From an uncultured Planctomycetales bacterium (GTDB lineage Bacteria; Omnitrophota; Gorgyraeia; Gygaellales; Profunditerraquicolaceae): a stretch of 64,000 nucleotides of DNA. The position numbers and the translations under genes are program-made. The notes beneath the pieces were generated by a model, which worked only from the letters and a program-made list of their open reading frames with translations, did not search any database and had not been told where the DNA came from. Positions 1 through 8,732 of this stretch are shown in pieces. Within the stretch, counting starts at the first letter, position 1; each line of letters starts with the position of its first letter. Location: positions 19,574 through 83,573 of the forward strand of contig CAZJFL010000009.1 of NCBI GenBank assembly GCA_964545575.1, given 5' to 3'.

Positions 1-447
1 GTTTTGGTAGGCTCGATAGCGTTGCTTGCTGATTGGACCAGGCGGTCACTTTTTTTCGGAAACCGGCGCTCCAGCCGCCGCAGCGAAGGCGGAGGCGGTT
101 ACATTGCCTTGGTGATATTGGCAATTTGGCTGATTACCGTGATTTTGGCTCCGATATTGTCGCAGCTAATGGCAATGTGTGTTTCGCGTAAGCGCGAATA
201 TTTAGCCGATGCTTCCGGAGCAGAGCTGACACGTAATCCTCTGGCATTAGCCAGTGCCTTAGAAAAAATCAGCTCTCATGAGGGCCCCACGCGCTCGATT
301 AATCAGGGCACTGCGCATTTATGTATCTGCGACCCCAAAGGCACGGCTCTTGGGATGAAAGAGGGGGGGATGGCGAATTTATTCGCTACCCATCCGCCGA
401 TAGATAAGCGGATAGAGGCATTGCGGCAAATGGCTTATATAAAATAA
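1..447 (+). CDS. htpX: HtpX-like M48 zinc metalloprotease, C-terminal part (5' end lies outside the window)
   Basis: The translation contains REYLADASGAELTRNPLALASALEKI and FATHPPIDKRI, which match the conserved C-terminal HtpX motifs. The reading frame is open from base 1. Confidence 0.7.
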   Translation, partial: VLVGSIALLADWTRRSLFFGNRRSSRRSEGGGGYIALVILAIWLITVILAPILSQLMAMCVSRKREYLADASGAELTRNPLALASALEKISSHEGPTRSINQGTAHLCICDPKGTALGMKEGGMANLFATHPPIDKRIEALRQMAYIK

Positions 448-458
448 CGGAGGTTAAT

Positions 459-1337
459 ATGTTTAAAGGCTCAATTGTAGCCATAGTCACGCCATTTCGA
501 AACGGTAAAGTTGATGAGCAAAAATTAAGAGACCTGATTGAATTCCAGATTAAAAATGGGACTTCCGGAATTGTGCCTTGCGGAACGACGGGTGAGTCGG
601 CAACGCTCTCTTTTGCTGAGCATGACCACGTCATTGAAGTTACCATCGATCAGGTTAAAAAAAGAGTCCCGGTAATTGCCGGTACCGGTTCTAACTCTAC
701 CGAAGAAGCCATCATGCTCACTAAACATGCGGAAAAAGCCGGAGCGGATGCGTCATTACAGGTTTCTCCGTACTATAACCGGCCAACGCAAAAAGGCCTC
801 TATGAGCATTTTAAAGCTATTGCCGCTGCAGTAAAAATACCGATTATCCTTTATAATATTGCTTCACGCACCGGAGTGAACATTGAGCCGGAGACCATTG
901 CCAGATTATCCCGTGACTGCAAAAATATCGTGGGCGTAAAAGAGGCATCCGGCAGCCTTGACCAGATGGCGCGCATTAAACAATTATGCAGTCCGGATTT
1001 TCAGCTGATTTCCGGTGATGACAGCCTTACCCTTCCGGTATTGGGTATCGGAGGTATAGGGATTATTTCGGTTGTGGCCAATATCGCCCCGCGCGACGTA
1101 GCAAATTTAGTGGCGGAATTTGAAAAAGGAAATATCAAAAAGGCGCAGGAGTTACACTATAAATTATTACCCTTGATCAAAGCAGTATTCCTGGAGACTA
1201 ATCCTATTCCGGTGAAGACCGCGATGGGTTTAATGGGTATGTGCGAGCCGGATCTAAGGCTGCCGATGTGCTCAATGCTACCGGAGAATCTGGAGAAACT
1301 CAAAATTGCATTGAAAAATTACGGACTATTGAAATAA
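459..1337 (+). CDS. dapA: 4-hydroxy-tetrahydrodipicolinate synthase
   Basis: 292 aa. The N-terminus GSIVAIVTPF...GTTGE and the YNxP..R and KEASG motifs are typical of DapA. It lies directly upstream of dapB. Confidence 0.9.
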   Translation: MFKGSIVAIVTPFRNGKVDEQKLRDLIEFQIKNGTSGIVPCGTTGESATLSFAEHDHVIEVTIDQVKKRVPVIAGTGSNSTEEAIMLTKHAEKAGADASLQVSPYYNRPTQKGLYEHFKAIAAAVKIPIILYNIASRTGVNIEPETIARLSRDCKNIVGVKEASGSLDQMARIKQLCSPDFQLISGDDSLTLPVLGIGGIGIISVVANIAPRDVANLVAEFEKGNIKKAQELHYKLLPLIKAVFLETNPIPVKTAMGLMGMCEPDLRLPMCSMLPENLEKLKIALKNYGLLK

Positions 1338-1415
1338 AACCAGCCTCTGGCGTATTGGTTTTATTTCATCCCGAGCTTTTGCAGAGGGACTACCGAAATA
1401 AAAAGCGAGGATTAT

Positions 1416-2129
1416 ATGATTAAGCTTGGAATTGCCGGTGTTTGCGGAAAAATGGGCAGGCGTATTTATGAATTAGCCTCTCGTGATAAAGATTTCGAGG
1501 TGGCCTTAGCTTTGGAGAAAAAAGGCACGCCTGTGATCGGGAAAGAATTAGGAAAAATTAAAGTTTCCTCTAGCCCGGACGGATTGTTTCTGGTGGATGT
1601 ATTCGTGGATTTTACGGCACCCGAAGGGACGGAGGTAAATTTAGACTATGTAGCAAGGTATAAAAAAGCGCTGGTGTTAGGTACCACCGGCTTAAGCGAA
1701 GCACAGATTCAGAAAGTCGAAGATATCGCAAAAATCGTGCCGGTAGTGTTTTCTCCTAACATGGCGATCGGAGTGAATGTATTATTTGCCATGCTGCCGG
1801 AAATCGCCAAAAGATTAGGCCCGGATTATAGTATTGAAATAGTAGAGGCGCACCACAGGGGCAAAAAAGACGCGCCTTCTGGTACGGCGAAAAAATTCTC
1901 CCAGATTTTAGCTGATACTACCCGTAAAGAAATCCCGACACACGCGATTAGATTAGGGGATATCGTGGGAGATCATACGATTATCTTCTGCGGTAATTCC
2001 GAGCGCATTGAGATCAAACATCAGGCGCATACGCGGGATTTGTTTGCGCTGGGGGCATTGAAAGCAGCAAAATGGATTATGGGTAAGCAGCCGGGATTAT
2101 ATTCGATGCAGGATGTGTTGAAAGGATAA
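1416..2129 (+). CDS. dapB: 4-hydroxy-tetrahydrodipicolinate reductase
   Basis: 237 aa. It has the GIAGVCGKMG NAD(P)-binding N-terminus and the EIVEAHHRGKKDAPSGTA motif. The order dapA-dapB-dapL supports the call. Confidence 0.85.
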   Translation: MIKLGIAGVCGKMGRRIYELASRDKDFEVALALEKKGTPVIGKELGKIKVSSSPDGLFLVDVFVDFTAPEGTEVNLDYVARYKKALVLGTTGLSEAQIQKVEDIAKIVPVVFSPNMAIGVNVLFAMLPEIAKRLGPDYSIEIVEAHHRGKKDAPSGTAKKFSQILADTTRKEIPTHAIRLGDIVGDHTIIFCGNSERIEIKHQAHTRDLFALGALKAAKWIMGKQPGLYSMQDVLKG

Positions 2130-2131
2130 AA

Positions 2132-3289
2132 ATGTTTAAGCCCTCGAAAAAATTACAATCGCTGCCGCCGTATTTGTTTGTGGAGATTGATAAGGCCAAA
2201 AGGAAAGCGCGCGCGGAAGGAAGAGATATTATTGATTTAGGGATTGGCGACCCGGATCTGCCGACGCCGCGACATATTATTGAGGCGCTTTATCAGGCAG
2301 CGCAGGATCCGGCCACGCACCGCTATGCCTTGGATCAGGGGATGCCGGCGTTACGCCGCACTATCGAAGGCTGGTATCAGCGAAGATTCGGCGTCAATCT
2401 TAATCCGGATACGGAAATTCTTCCTTTAATCGGCTCAAAAGAGGGAATCGCGCATTTTTCTTTAGCATTTTTAAATCAAGGAGATTATTCCCTGGTGCCT
2501 GATCCCTGTTATCCGCCTTATAAAGGTGGAACGATTTTAGCCGGAGGCAGGCCGTATTCTATGCCCCTTTTACCAGAAAATGAATTCCTGCCGGACTTAA
2601 GAAAAATTCCTTTGATCATACGTAAAAGAGCAAAAATAATTTACATTAATTATCCTAATAACCCCACTTCGGCAACTGCCGAAATTGATTTTTACCGCCG
2701 GGTGGTGGAATTTGCCCAAAAAAATAAGCTGATTGTGATTTCTGATTTGGCTTATTCAGAGATGAGCTATGACGGCTACCAGCCATCGAGTTTCCTGGAG
2801 GTTGAGGGCGCCAGAGAAGTGGGTATCGAGTTTCATTCGCTTTCTAAAACCTATAATATGACCGGTTGGCGCATCGGTTGGGCTTGCGGCAATGCTAATT
2901 TAGTGGCAGCCTTAGCAAAAGTCAAATCTAATGTCGACTCCGGGATATTTTCTGCTGTGCAGCTGGCAGGTATTGCTGCTTTGGAAGGCCCGCAGGATCA
3001 CCTGCATAAAATGTGCGAGATTTATCAGGAAAGGCGGAATATTCTCGTAGAGGGCTTGAAATCTTTGGGCTGGCATGCTGAAAAACCAAAAGCCACATTT
3101 TACGTTTGGATTAAAACACCTAAAAGCTCGCATTCCATACACTTTGCGCAAACCTTACTGGATAAAGCTAATATTGTGGCAACACCCGGAGTGGGCTTTG
3201 GCAGATTTGGCGAAGGTTACATCCGCATGGCTCTGACCGTGCCAAAAGAAAGAATCAAAGAGGCGGTGGAGCGGATCAGGAAATTATGA
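2132..3289 (+). CDS. dapL: LL-diaminopimelate aminotransferase (class I PLP aminotransferase)
   Basis: 385 aa. The N-terminus LPPYLFVEIDK...IDLGIGDPDLPTP and the SKTYNMTGWR PLP-lysine region fit class I aminotransferases. Its position after dapA and dapB suggests the DapL bypass of the lysine pathway. Confidence 0.7.
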   Translation: MFKPSKKLQSLPPYLFVEIDKAKRKARAEGRDIIDLGIGDPDLPTPRHIIEALYQAAQDPATHRYALDQGMPALRRTIEGWYQRRFGVNLNPDTEILPLIGSKEGIAHFSLAFLNQGDYSLVPDPCYPPYKGGTILAGGRPYSMPLLPENEFLPDLRKIPLIIRKRAKIIYINYPNNPTSATAEIDFYRRVVEFAQKNKLIVISDLAYSEMSYDGYQPSSFLEVEGAREVGIEFHSLSKTYNMTGWRIGWACGNANLVAALAKVKSNVDSGIFSAVQLAGIAALEGPQDHLHKMCEIYQERRNILVEGLKSLGWHAEKPKATFYVWIKTPKSSHSIHFAQTLLDKANIVATPGVGFGRFGEGYIRMALTVPKERIKEAVERIRKL

Positions 3290-3687
3290 CCGTCTGTTTT
3301 TTAGGTATAGGTTCAAATTTGGGCAACCGCTATAAAAATATAAAATTGGCACTAGAAAAAATCAACCGTTTGAAAGATACACAAATCCTGGAAAGTTCCC
3401 GGATTATCGAAAGCGAGCCTGTGGGCGGCCCGCTTGAGCAAGGTAAATTCCTTAACGCTGTTTTAAAGATGAGGACAGCGCTCTCGCCGTCCCTCCTCCT
3501 TAAAAAATTAAAAAATATCGAAAAGGAATTGGGCCGTATTAAGTCGGTACGTTTCGGACCGCGCGCGATTGATTTAGATATTTTATTATACGGTGATAAG
3601 ATTCTTAAAAATAAGAAATTAGAGATTCCCCATCCGCGGATGTTTGCGCGGGATTTTGTAATCACGCCACTTTTAGAGATATTATGA
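3286..3687 (+). CDS. folK: 2-amino-4-hydroxy-6-hydroxymethyldihydropteridine pyrophosphokinase (HPPK)
   Basis: 133 aa. It contains IGSNLGNR, GPRAIDLDILLY and PHPRM, the typical HPPK motifs. The start overlaps the dapL stop by 4 nt. Confidence 0.85.
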   Translation: MTVCFLGIGSNLGNRYKNIKLALEKINRLKDTQILESSRIIESEPVGGPLEQGKFLNAVLKMRTALSPSLLLKKLKNIEKELGRIKSVRFGPRAIDLDILLYGDKILKNKKLEIPHPRMFARDFVITPLLEIL

Positions 3688-4529
3688 AAATAATCCGCAG
3701 CATCAAACAGATGCAACAGGTTTCCCGCAAGATTCGGCAGGAGGGCAAAGCAATCGGTTTTGTGCCGACTATGGGCGCAATGCACGGGGGGCACTTAAGT
3801 CTGATCCGCCGGGCGCGTAAGGATAATGATATTGTAGTAGTTAGTATTTTTGTCAACCCCACCCAGTTCGGGTCAGGAGAAGATTTTAAAAAATACCCCC
3901 GGGTTTTTAAAAAGGATGCGGCACTGTGTAAAAAAGAAGGCGTAGATTTAATTTTCTCGCCCTCTACAGAAGCAATGTATACGCAGGATCACAAGACCCA
4001 TGTTTACGTCGAACATTTAAGCGACCGTTTATGCGGTAAATTTCGGCCCGGGCACTTCCGCGGCGTGGCAACGGTGGTAAAAAAACTTTTTAATATCGTC
4101 CGTCCCGACGTAGCTTATTTCGGCCAAAAAGATGCCCAGCAGGCAATCATCATTAAGAAGATGGTAGAGGACCTGAATATGCCGCTGGAAATAAAAGTAC
4201 TACCGACGGTGCGCGAAGAGAACGGCCTGGCGATGAGCTCGCGCAATAAATATTTATCCGCCAAAGAGAAGAGAGATGCCGTAGTTTTGTATCAGGCCTT
4301 GAGGCTGGCAGGCAGGTTGATTAAGAAGGGAAATAGAAATTACCTGGGTATTATTAAGCAGATGCGCCAGCTTATCGCTGGAAAGAAAAACATCTCGGTG
4401 CAATATATTTCAATCGTCAACTTAGAAGACTTTTTACCGGCAAAGAGGATAAAGGGTAAAATTTTAATTGCTTTAGCAGCGCATATAGGTAAAACCAGGT
4501 TAATCGATAATATAATAGTAAATGGCTAA
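3684..4529 (+). CDS. panC: pantoate--beta-alanine ligase
   Basis: 281 aa with the PTMGAMHGGHLSLI HIGH-type motif and FVNPTQFG. Confidence 0.9.
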   Translation: MKIIRSIKQMQQVSRKIRQEGKAIGFVPTMGAMHGGHLSLIRRARKDNDIVVVSIFVNPTQFGSGEDFKKYPRVFKKDAALCKKEGVDLIFSPSTEAMYTQDHKTHVYVEHLSDRLCGKFRPGHFRGVATVVKKLFNIVRPDVAYFGQKDAQQAIIIKKMVEDLNMPLEIKVLPTVREENGLAMSSRNKYLSAKEKRDAVVLYQALRLAGRLIKKGNRNYLGIIKQMRQLIAGKKNISVQYISIVNLEDFLPAKRIKGKILIALAAHIGKTRLIDNIIVNG

Positions 4530-5340
4530 ATTAAGGATAGGCATTGTCGGTTGCGGGGCAATAGGCTCTTCTTTGGCGAAGGTTATCTCTTTGGATTTAT
4601 CGCAGAAAGCCGAATTATGCGGATTATGCGATATAAATAGAGAGAGCGCTTTAAAGTTAGCGGTCAAAGTCGGCAATCCCAAACTAGTGATGCCGGATTT
4701 AAGGGCGTTGGTTAGAAGATCGGATTTAATCATCGAGGCGACAAAGGCAGCTTTTGCTTTTGATATTGCCAAGCAGGTTTTATCAGCAAAAAAAGATATC
4801 ATGGTGATGAGCGTAGGTGGCCTGCTCGATCGCTATAAAAAGCTTATTGAACTGGCAGAGAAAAATAAGGCTAAAATTTTTATACCTTCGGGGGCGATAT
4901 GCGGGATAGACGGGCTGAAAGGGCTATCCTCGGCAAAGATTAAAAAAGTTACTTTAACCACTAAAAAACCGCCCGAAGCATTCGCAGGTGTCGATTATAT
5001 TAAGGAAAAGAATATAAAATTAGACGGTATTACCGGTGATATGGTTATTTTTGAAGGGACTGCGGAAAACGCGGTATCGGCTTTTCCGCAAAATATCAAT
5101 GTCGCCGCTACCTTAAGCATGGCCGGTATCGGCGCCAAAAATACCGTGGTGCGTATCGTAGCTTCGCCTGGAGCCAAGAGGAATATCCACGAGGTGGAAA
5201 TAGATTCCGACGCCGGTAAAATCGTTGCCCGCACGGAAAATGTAATCCATCCGGATAATCCCAAAACCAGTTACCTGGCGGTTTTATCGGCGGTTGCTGC
5301 GCTAAAAGGGATTTTAAGTCCGATCAAAATCGGAACTTAA
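4522..5340 (+). CDS. nadX: L-aspartate dehydrogenase
   Basis: 272 aa. It has the IGIVGCGAIGS Rossmann N-terminus and a C-terminal aspartate-dehydrogenase domain (NVAATLSMAG, HPDNPKTS). Confidence 0.65.
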   Translation: MAKLRIGIVGCGAIGSSLAKVISLDLSQKAELCGLCDINRESALKLAVKVGNPKLVMPDLRALVRRSDLIIEATKAAFAFDIAKQVLSAKKDIMVMSVGGLLDRYKKLIELAEKNKAKIFIPSGAICGIDGLKGLSSAKIKKVTLTTKKPPEAFAGVDYIKEKNIKLDGITGDMVIFEGTAENAVSAFPQNINVAATLSMAGIGAKNTVVRIVASPGAKRNIHEVEIDSDAGKIVARTENVIHPDNPKTSYLAVLSAVAALKGILSPIKIGT

Positions 5341-5407
5341 GTGAGGACATAAGTTATGGAGAATATAAATTTAAATGTAACCGACATAACTTATAAGTCC
5401 GAACTTA

Positions 5408-5505
5408 CACCGTTACCCGGCGCTTATGAAGCGAGGTAACGGTGTTAATTCGCGCATATAACTTACGTCGTGCTTCGCACTCCGTAAGTTATGCGCTCAT
5501 TAAAA
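5408..5505 (+). promoter_or_regulatory. Structured 5' leader, copy A, of a conserved multi-stem RNA element. Stem 1 pairs caccgttac with gtaacggtg. It is followed by conserved single-stranded TTAATTCGCG, a stem pairing ATAACTTAC with GTAAGTTAT around a small hairpin, then conserved CGCTCATTAAAA and the ribosome-binding site.
   Basis: The same architecture and conserved linkers occur at 11298-11460 with compensatory base changes in both stems (seen in sequence). Confidence 0.55.
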
Positions 5506-5527
5506 ATGAAAGGGGGTGAAACAAAAT

Positions 5528-5767
5528 ATGGCAGAGAAAGTAATGAAACTGGGAATCAAGAGAGTGAAAGGTAGCCTCTATTACCTGGACAAGAAAGGCG
5601 ATGTTTCCTGCGCCAAGATGGCCAGAGGCAAGAAAAAAGGAGGTAGCCCGAAAAAGGTAGCCAAATGCGGTATCAAGAGGAAAAAGGGTTACCTTTATTT
5701 CATTGACAAGAAAGGCGATGTCTCCTGCGCCAAGATGAAAAGAGGCGGAAAGAGAAAGAAAAGATAA
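5528..5767 (+). CDS. Small Lys-rich protein built from two tandem copies of a ~33-aa repeat, G-I-K-R-x-K-G-x-L-Y-[YF]-x-D-K-K-G-D-V-S-C-A-K-M; function unknown
   Basis: The ORF is preceded by GGGGGTG. The internal duplication is evident in the translation. I cannot assign it to a named family with confidence. Confidence 0.55.
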   Translation: MAEKVMKLGIKRVKGSLYYLDKKGDVSCAKMARGKKKGGSPKKVAKCGIKRKKGYLYFIDKKGDVSCAKMKRGGKRKKR

Positions 5768-5853
5768 CCGTCTCTATCAAAAAAGTGAGCCCCTGTAAAA
5801 TGGCTTTATCTTTATTTTGCAGGGGCTAACTTTTCCGCTATAATTTTTACCCT

Positions 5854-6585
5854 ATGGAAGACAATATCATAATCAGAGGCGCTAAAGAGCATAACCTCAA
5901 AAATATAAATCTGAAGCTTCCCCGTAACAAGCTGATTGTAGTCACCGGGCTGTCCGGTTCCGGCAAGTCCAGCCTCGCCTTTGATACTATTTATGCCGAA
6001 GGCCAGCGCCGCTACGTGGAGAGCCTCTCTAGTTATGCCCGCCAGTTTCTGGAACAACTGCAGAAGCCCAATGTCGAATCCATAGAAGGCCTCTCTCCGG
6101 CAATCGCCATCGAGCAGAGGGCTGCGGGAGGAAATCCGCGTTCTACCGTTGCCACCCAGACAGAGATCTACGATTATCTGCGCCTGCTTTTTGCGCGTAT
6201 CGGAAGAGTAAGCTGCTATAAATGCGGCCAGCCGATAGAGCGCCAGAGCTCCCAGGAGATAGTAGGGCAGGTAATGCATCTTGCGCCGGGCACAGATATT
6301 CAGATATTAGCGCCGCTGGTCAGCGGAAGAAAAGGCGAATACCGCGAAATCTTCGGCTCAATTCAGAAATCCGGTTTTGTCAGGGTGCGCGTGGACGGCA
6401 AGATTCATGAACTGCCGGTTAAATTGAAACTGGCAAAATACAAAATCCACAATATTGAAGTGGTGGTAGACAGGCTCACCGTAAAACCAGAGATCAAAAA
6501 AAGGCTTACCGACTCGATAGAGACCGCCCTTAAAGTAGGCAAGGGCACCGTGATTGTGGCATATCGCATATCGCATATCGCATAA
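5854..6585 (+). CDS. uvrA: Excinuclease ABC subunit A, N-terminal fragment; ends at an in-frame TAA (6583-6585)
   Basis: It has the [28 protein letters not shown] Walker A region of UvrA. The next ORF continues UvrA in the same reading frame. Confidence 0.8.
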   Translation: MEDNIIIRGAKEHNLKNINLKLPRNKLIVVTGLSGSGKSSLAFDTIYAEGQRRYVESLSSYARQFLEQLQKPNVESIEGLSPAIAIEQRAAGGNPRSTVATQTEIYDYLRLLFARIGRVSCYKCGQPIERQSSQEIVGQVMHLAPGTDIQILAPLVSGRKGEYREIFGSIQKSGFVRVRVDGKIHELPVKLKLAKYKIHNIEVVVDRLTVKPEIKKRLTDSIETALKVGKGTVIVAYRISHIA

Positions 6586-6631
6586 CGCAAAACAGAAAAT
6601 GCGATTAGCGATAAGCGATTAGCGATAAGCG
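6561..6631 (+). repeat. Short tandem repeat insert inside uvrA: three copies of ATATCGC, then GCGATTAGCGATAAGCGATTAGCGATAAGCG, which is roughly the inverted complement. The insert carries the in-frame stop.
   Basis: Seen directly in the sequence. Confidence 0.8.
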
Positions 6632-6633
6632 AA

Positions 6634-8700
6634 ATGATATTCAGCGAGCAATACGCCTGCGCCAAATGCGGTATTAATTACTCGGAGGTAGAGCCGCGTA
6701 TTTTTTCCTTTAATTCTCCTTATGGCGCTTGCCCCGAATGTAACGGCCTGGGCACAAAATTTGAGTTTGACCCGGATTTAGTGGTGCCGGATAAATTCAA
6801 ATCCATCAATGCCGGCGCCATCGAGGCCTGGAAACGCGGAGGGCGGGGCTACATTCTTTATTACCGCTGGCTGATCAGGGAATTGGCAGCGGCGCTTAAT
6901 TTTGATTTAGATGCGCCGTTTAAGGTCTTAAGCAAGGAAATCCAGCGCGCCATACTTTACGGTACGGATGAAGAAGTCAACGGCAAGCCTTTTGAAGGGG
7001 TAATCCCGCACCTGGAGAGATTATTCCGCCAGACGAAAAGCGACTATCTAAAAGAGGAGATTTCCCGCTTTATGTCCAGCCTCCCCTGTCCTGCCTGCAA
7101 AGGCGCGCGCTTGAAAAAAGAGAGCCTTGCCGTTACCGTTGGCGCTAAAAATATCTGGCGTCTCGCGCAGATGTCGGTAAAAGAGAGTTACGAGTTTTTC
7201 GAAAGTATTAAATTAAACGAAAGAGAAAAGCTTATTGCGCACGACGTATTAAAAGAGATTATCCGTAAGCTAAAGTTCTGCATAGATGTGGGCCTTAATT
7301 ATCTGACTTTGGACCGCCGGAGCTCGACGCTTTCCGGAGGCGAAGCTCAGAGAATCCGCCTGGCAACGCAGGTGGGCTCGGGATTAGTCGGCGTATTATA
7401 CATTCTGGATGAACCCAGCATCGGCCTGCATCAGAGAGACAACGCCAAATTAATCAACACGCTTCTAACCTTGCGCGACTTAGGCAATACCTTAATTGTG
7501 GTGGAACATGACGAATACACTATCCGCGCCGCAGATTATATCGTGGACTTAGGCCCTGCTGCCGGAAGGCACGGCGGAGAGATCGTTTTTGCCGGATGGC
7601 AGAAGGATTTATTGGCGCAAAAAAGTTCTCTCACTGCAAAGTACCTGCGCGGGGAGCTTAAGATAGAAGTACCTAAAATACGCCGGCCCTGGAAAGAGAA
7701 AAAATATTTAGAGATAAAAGGAGCCGGAGAACATAATCTTAAAAGTATAGATGTAAAGTTCCCCTTAGGAACGTTTATCTGCGTTACCGGAGTGTCCGGT
7801 TCAGGAAAGTCTACGTTAATTGATGAGATACTTTACCGGGGCCTGGCCCAGAAGCTGTATAAATCCAAGGATAAGCCGGGAGCGCACAAAAAAATACAGG
7901 GCGTCGAGAATATCGATAAGGTCATTGTAGTTGACCAGTCGCCGATAGGCAGGACCCCGCGCTCGAATCCGGCGACTTACACCGGAGTATTTAGCCAGAT
8001 CAGGGATATTTTTAGCCGCTTGCCCGAGGCAAGGCAGCGCGGTTATAAAGCCGGCAGGTTCTCTTTCAATCTTAAAGGCGGACGCTGCGAGGCCTGTCAG
8101 GGAGACGGGATCAAAAAAATCGAGATGCATTTTCTGCCGGATGTCTACGTCAAATGCGATGTCTGCAGAGGCGAACGTTTCAACGAAGCAACTCTGGAAG
8201 TAAAATACAAGGGTAAGTCTATCGCTAGCGTTCTGGATATGACAGTTGAGGAGGCGCTCGGCCTTTTCCAGAATATCCCCCGGATAAAAAATATTCTCCG
8301 CACACTTTATGATGTGGGCTTAGGTTATATTCAGTTAGGGCAGTTCGCCACCACCTTATCGGGAGGCGAGGCGCAGAGAGTAAAGCTATCTTCGGAATTA
8401 AGCAAGCGCGCAACCGGAAAGACCCTCTATATTCTGGATGAGCCGACCACGGGTCTACATTTTGCAGACGTGGAAAAACTGCTTGCGGTGCTGCAGAGAT
8501 TGGTGGATAAAGGTAATACCGTGATTGTCATTGAACATAACTTAGAAATAGTCAAATCCGCCGATTTTATTATAGACCTGGGGCCTGAAGGCGGAGACAG
8601 AGGCGGAGAGCTGGTGGCAAGCGGCAGCCCCGAGGATATTATTCAGAGCAGGCGTTCTTATACGGGTGAGGTTTTAAGAAACGTGTTGAAGAAGGATTAG
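6634..8700 (+). CDS. uvrA: Excinuclease ABC subunit A, remainder (zinc-finger region and second ABC domain), in the same frame as 5854-6585
   Basis: It contains [33 protein letters not shown], the UvrA zinc-finger region, a second Walker A ([11 protein letters not shown]) and the LSGGEAQR signature motifs. Confidence 0.85.
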   Translation: MIFSEQYACAKCGINYSEVEPRIFSFNSPYGACPECNGLGTKFEFDPDLVVPDKFKSINAGAIEAWKRGGRGYILYYRWLIRELAAALNFDLDAPFKVLSKEIQRAILYGTDEEVNGKPFEGVIPHLERLFRQTKSDYLKEEISRFMSSLPCPACKGARLKKESLAVTVGAKNIWRLAQMSVKESYEFFESIKLNEREKLIAHDVLKEIIRKLKFCIDVGLNYLTLDRRSSTLSGGEAQRIRLATQVGSGLVGVLYILDEPSIGLHQRDNAKLINTLLTLRDLGNTLIVVEHDEYTIRAADYIVDLGPAAGRHGGEIVFAGWQKDLLAQKSSLTAKYLRGELKIEVPKIRRPWKEKKYLEIKGAGEHNLKSIDVKFPLGTFICVTGVSGSGKSTLIDEILYRGLAQKLYKSKDKPGAHKKIQGVENIDKVIVVDQSPIGRTPRSNPATYTGVFSQIRDIFSRLPEARQRGYKAGRFSFNLKGGRCEACQGDGIKKIEMHFLPDVYVKCDVCRGERFNEATLEVKYKGKSIASVLDMTVEEALGLFQNIPRIKNILRTLYDVGLGYIQLGQFATTLSGGEAQRVKLSSELSKRATGKTLYILDEPTTGLHFADVEKLLAVLQRLVDKGNTVIVIEHNLEIVKSADFIIDLGPEGGDRGGELVASGSPEDIIQSRRSYTGEVLRNVLKKD

Positions 8701-8732
8701 AGTAGTGGTATAGTAAATAACAAATAATAGTC

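Noticed and set aside
5812-6279. 155-aa minus-strand ORF
   Set aside because: It lies antisense inside uvrA, with no ribosome-binding site and no recognisable domain.
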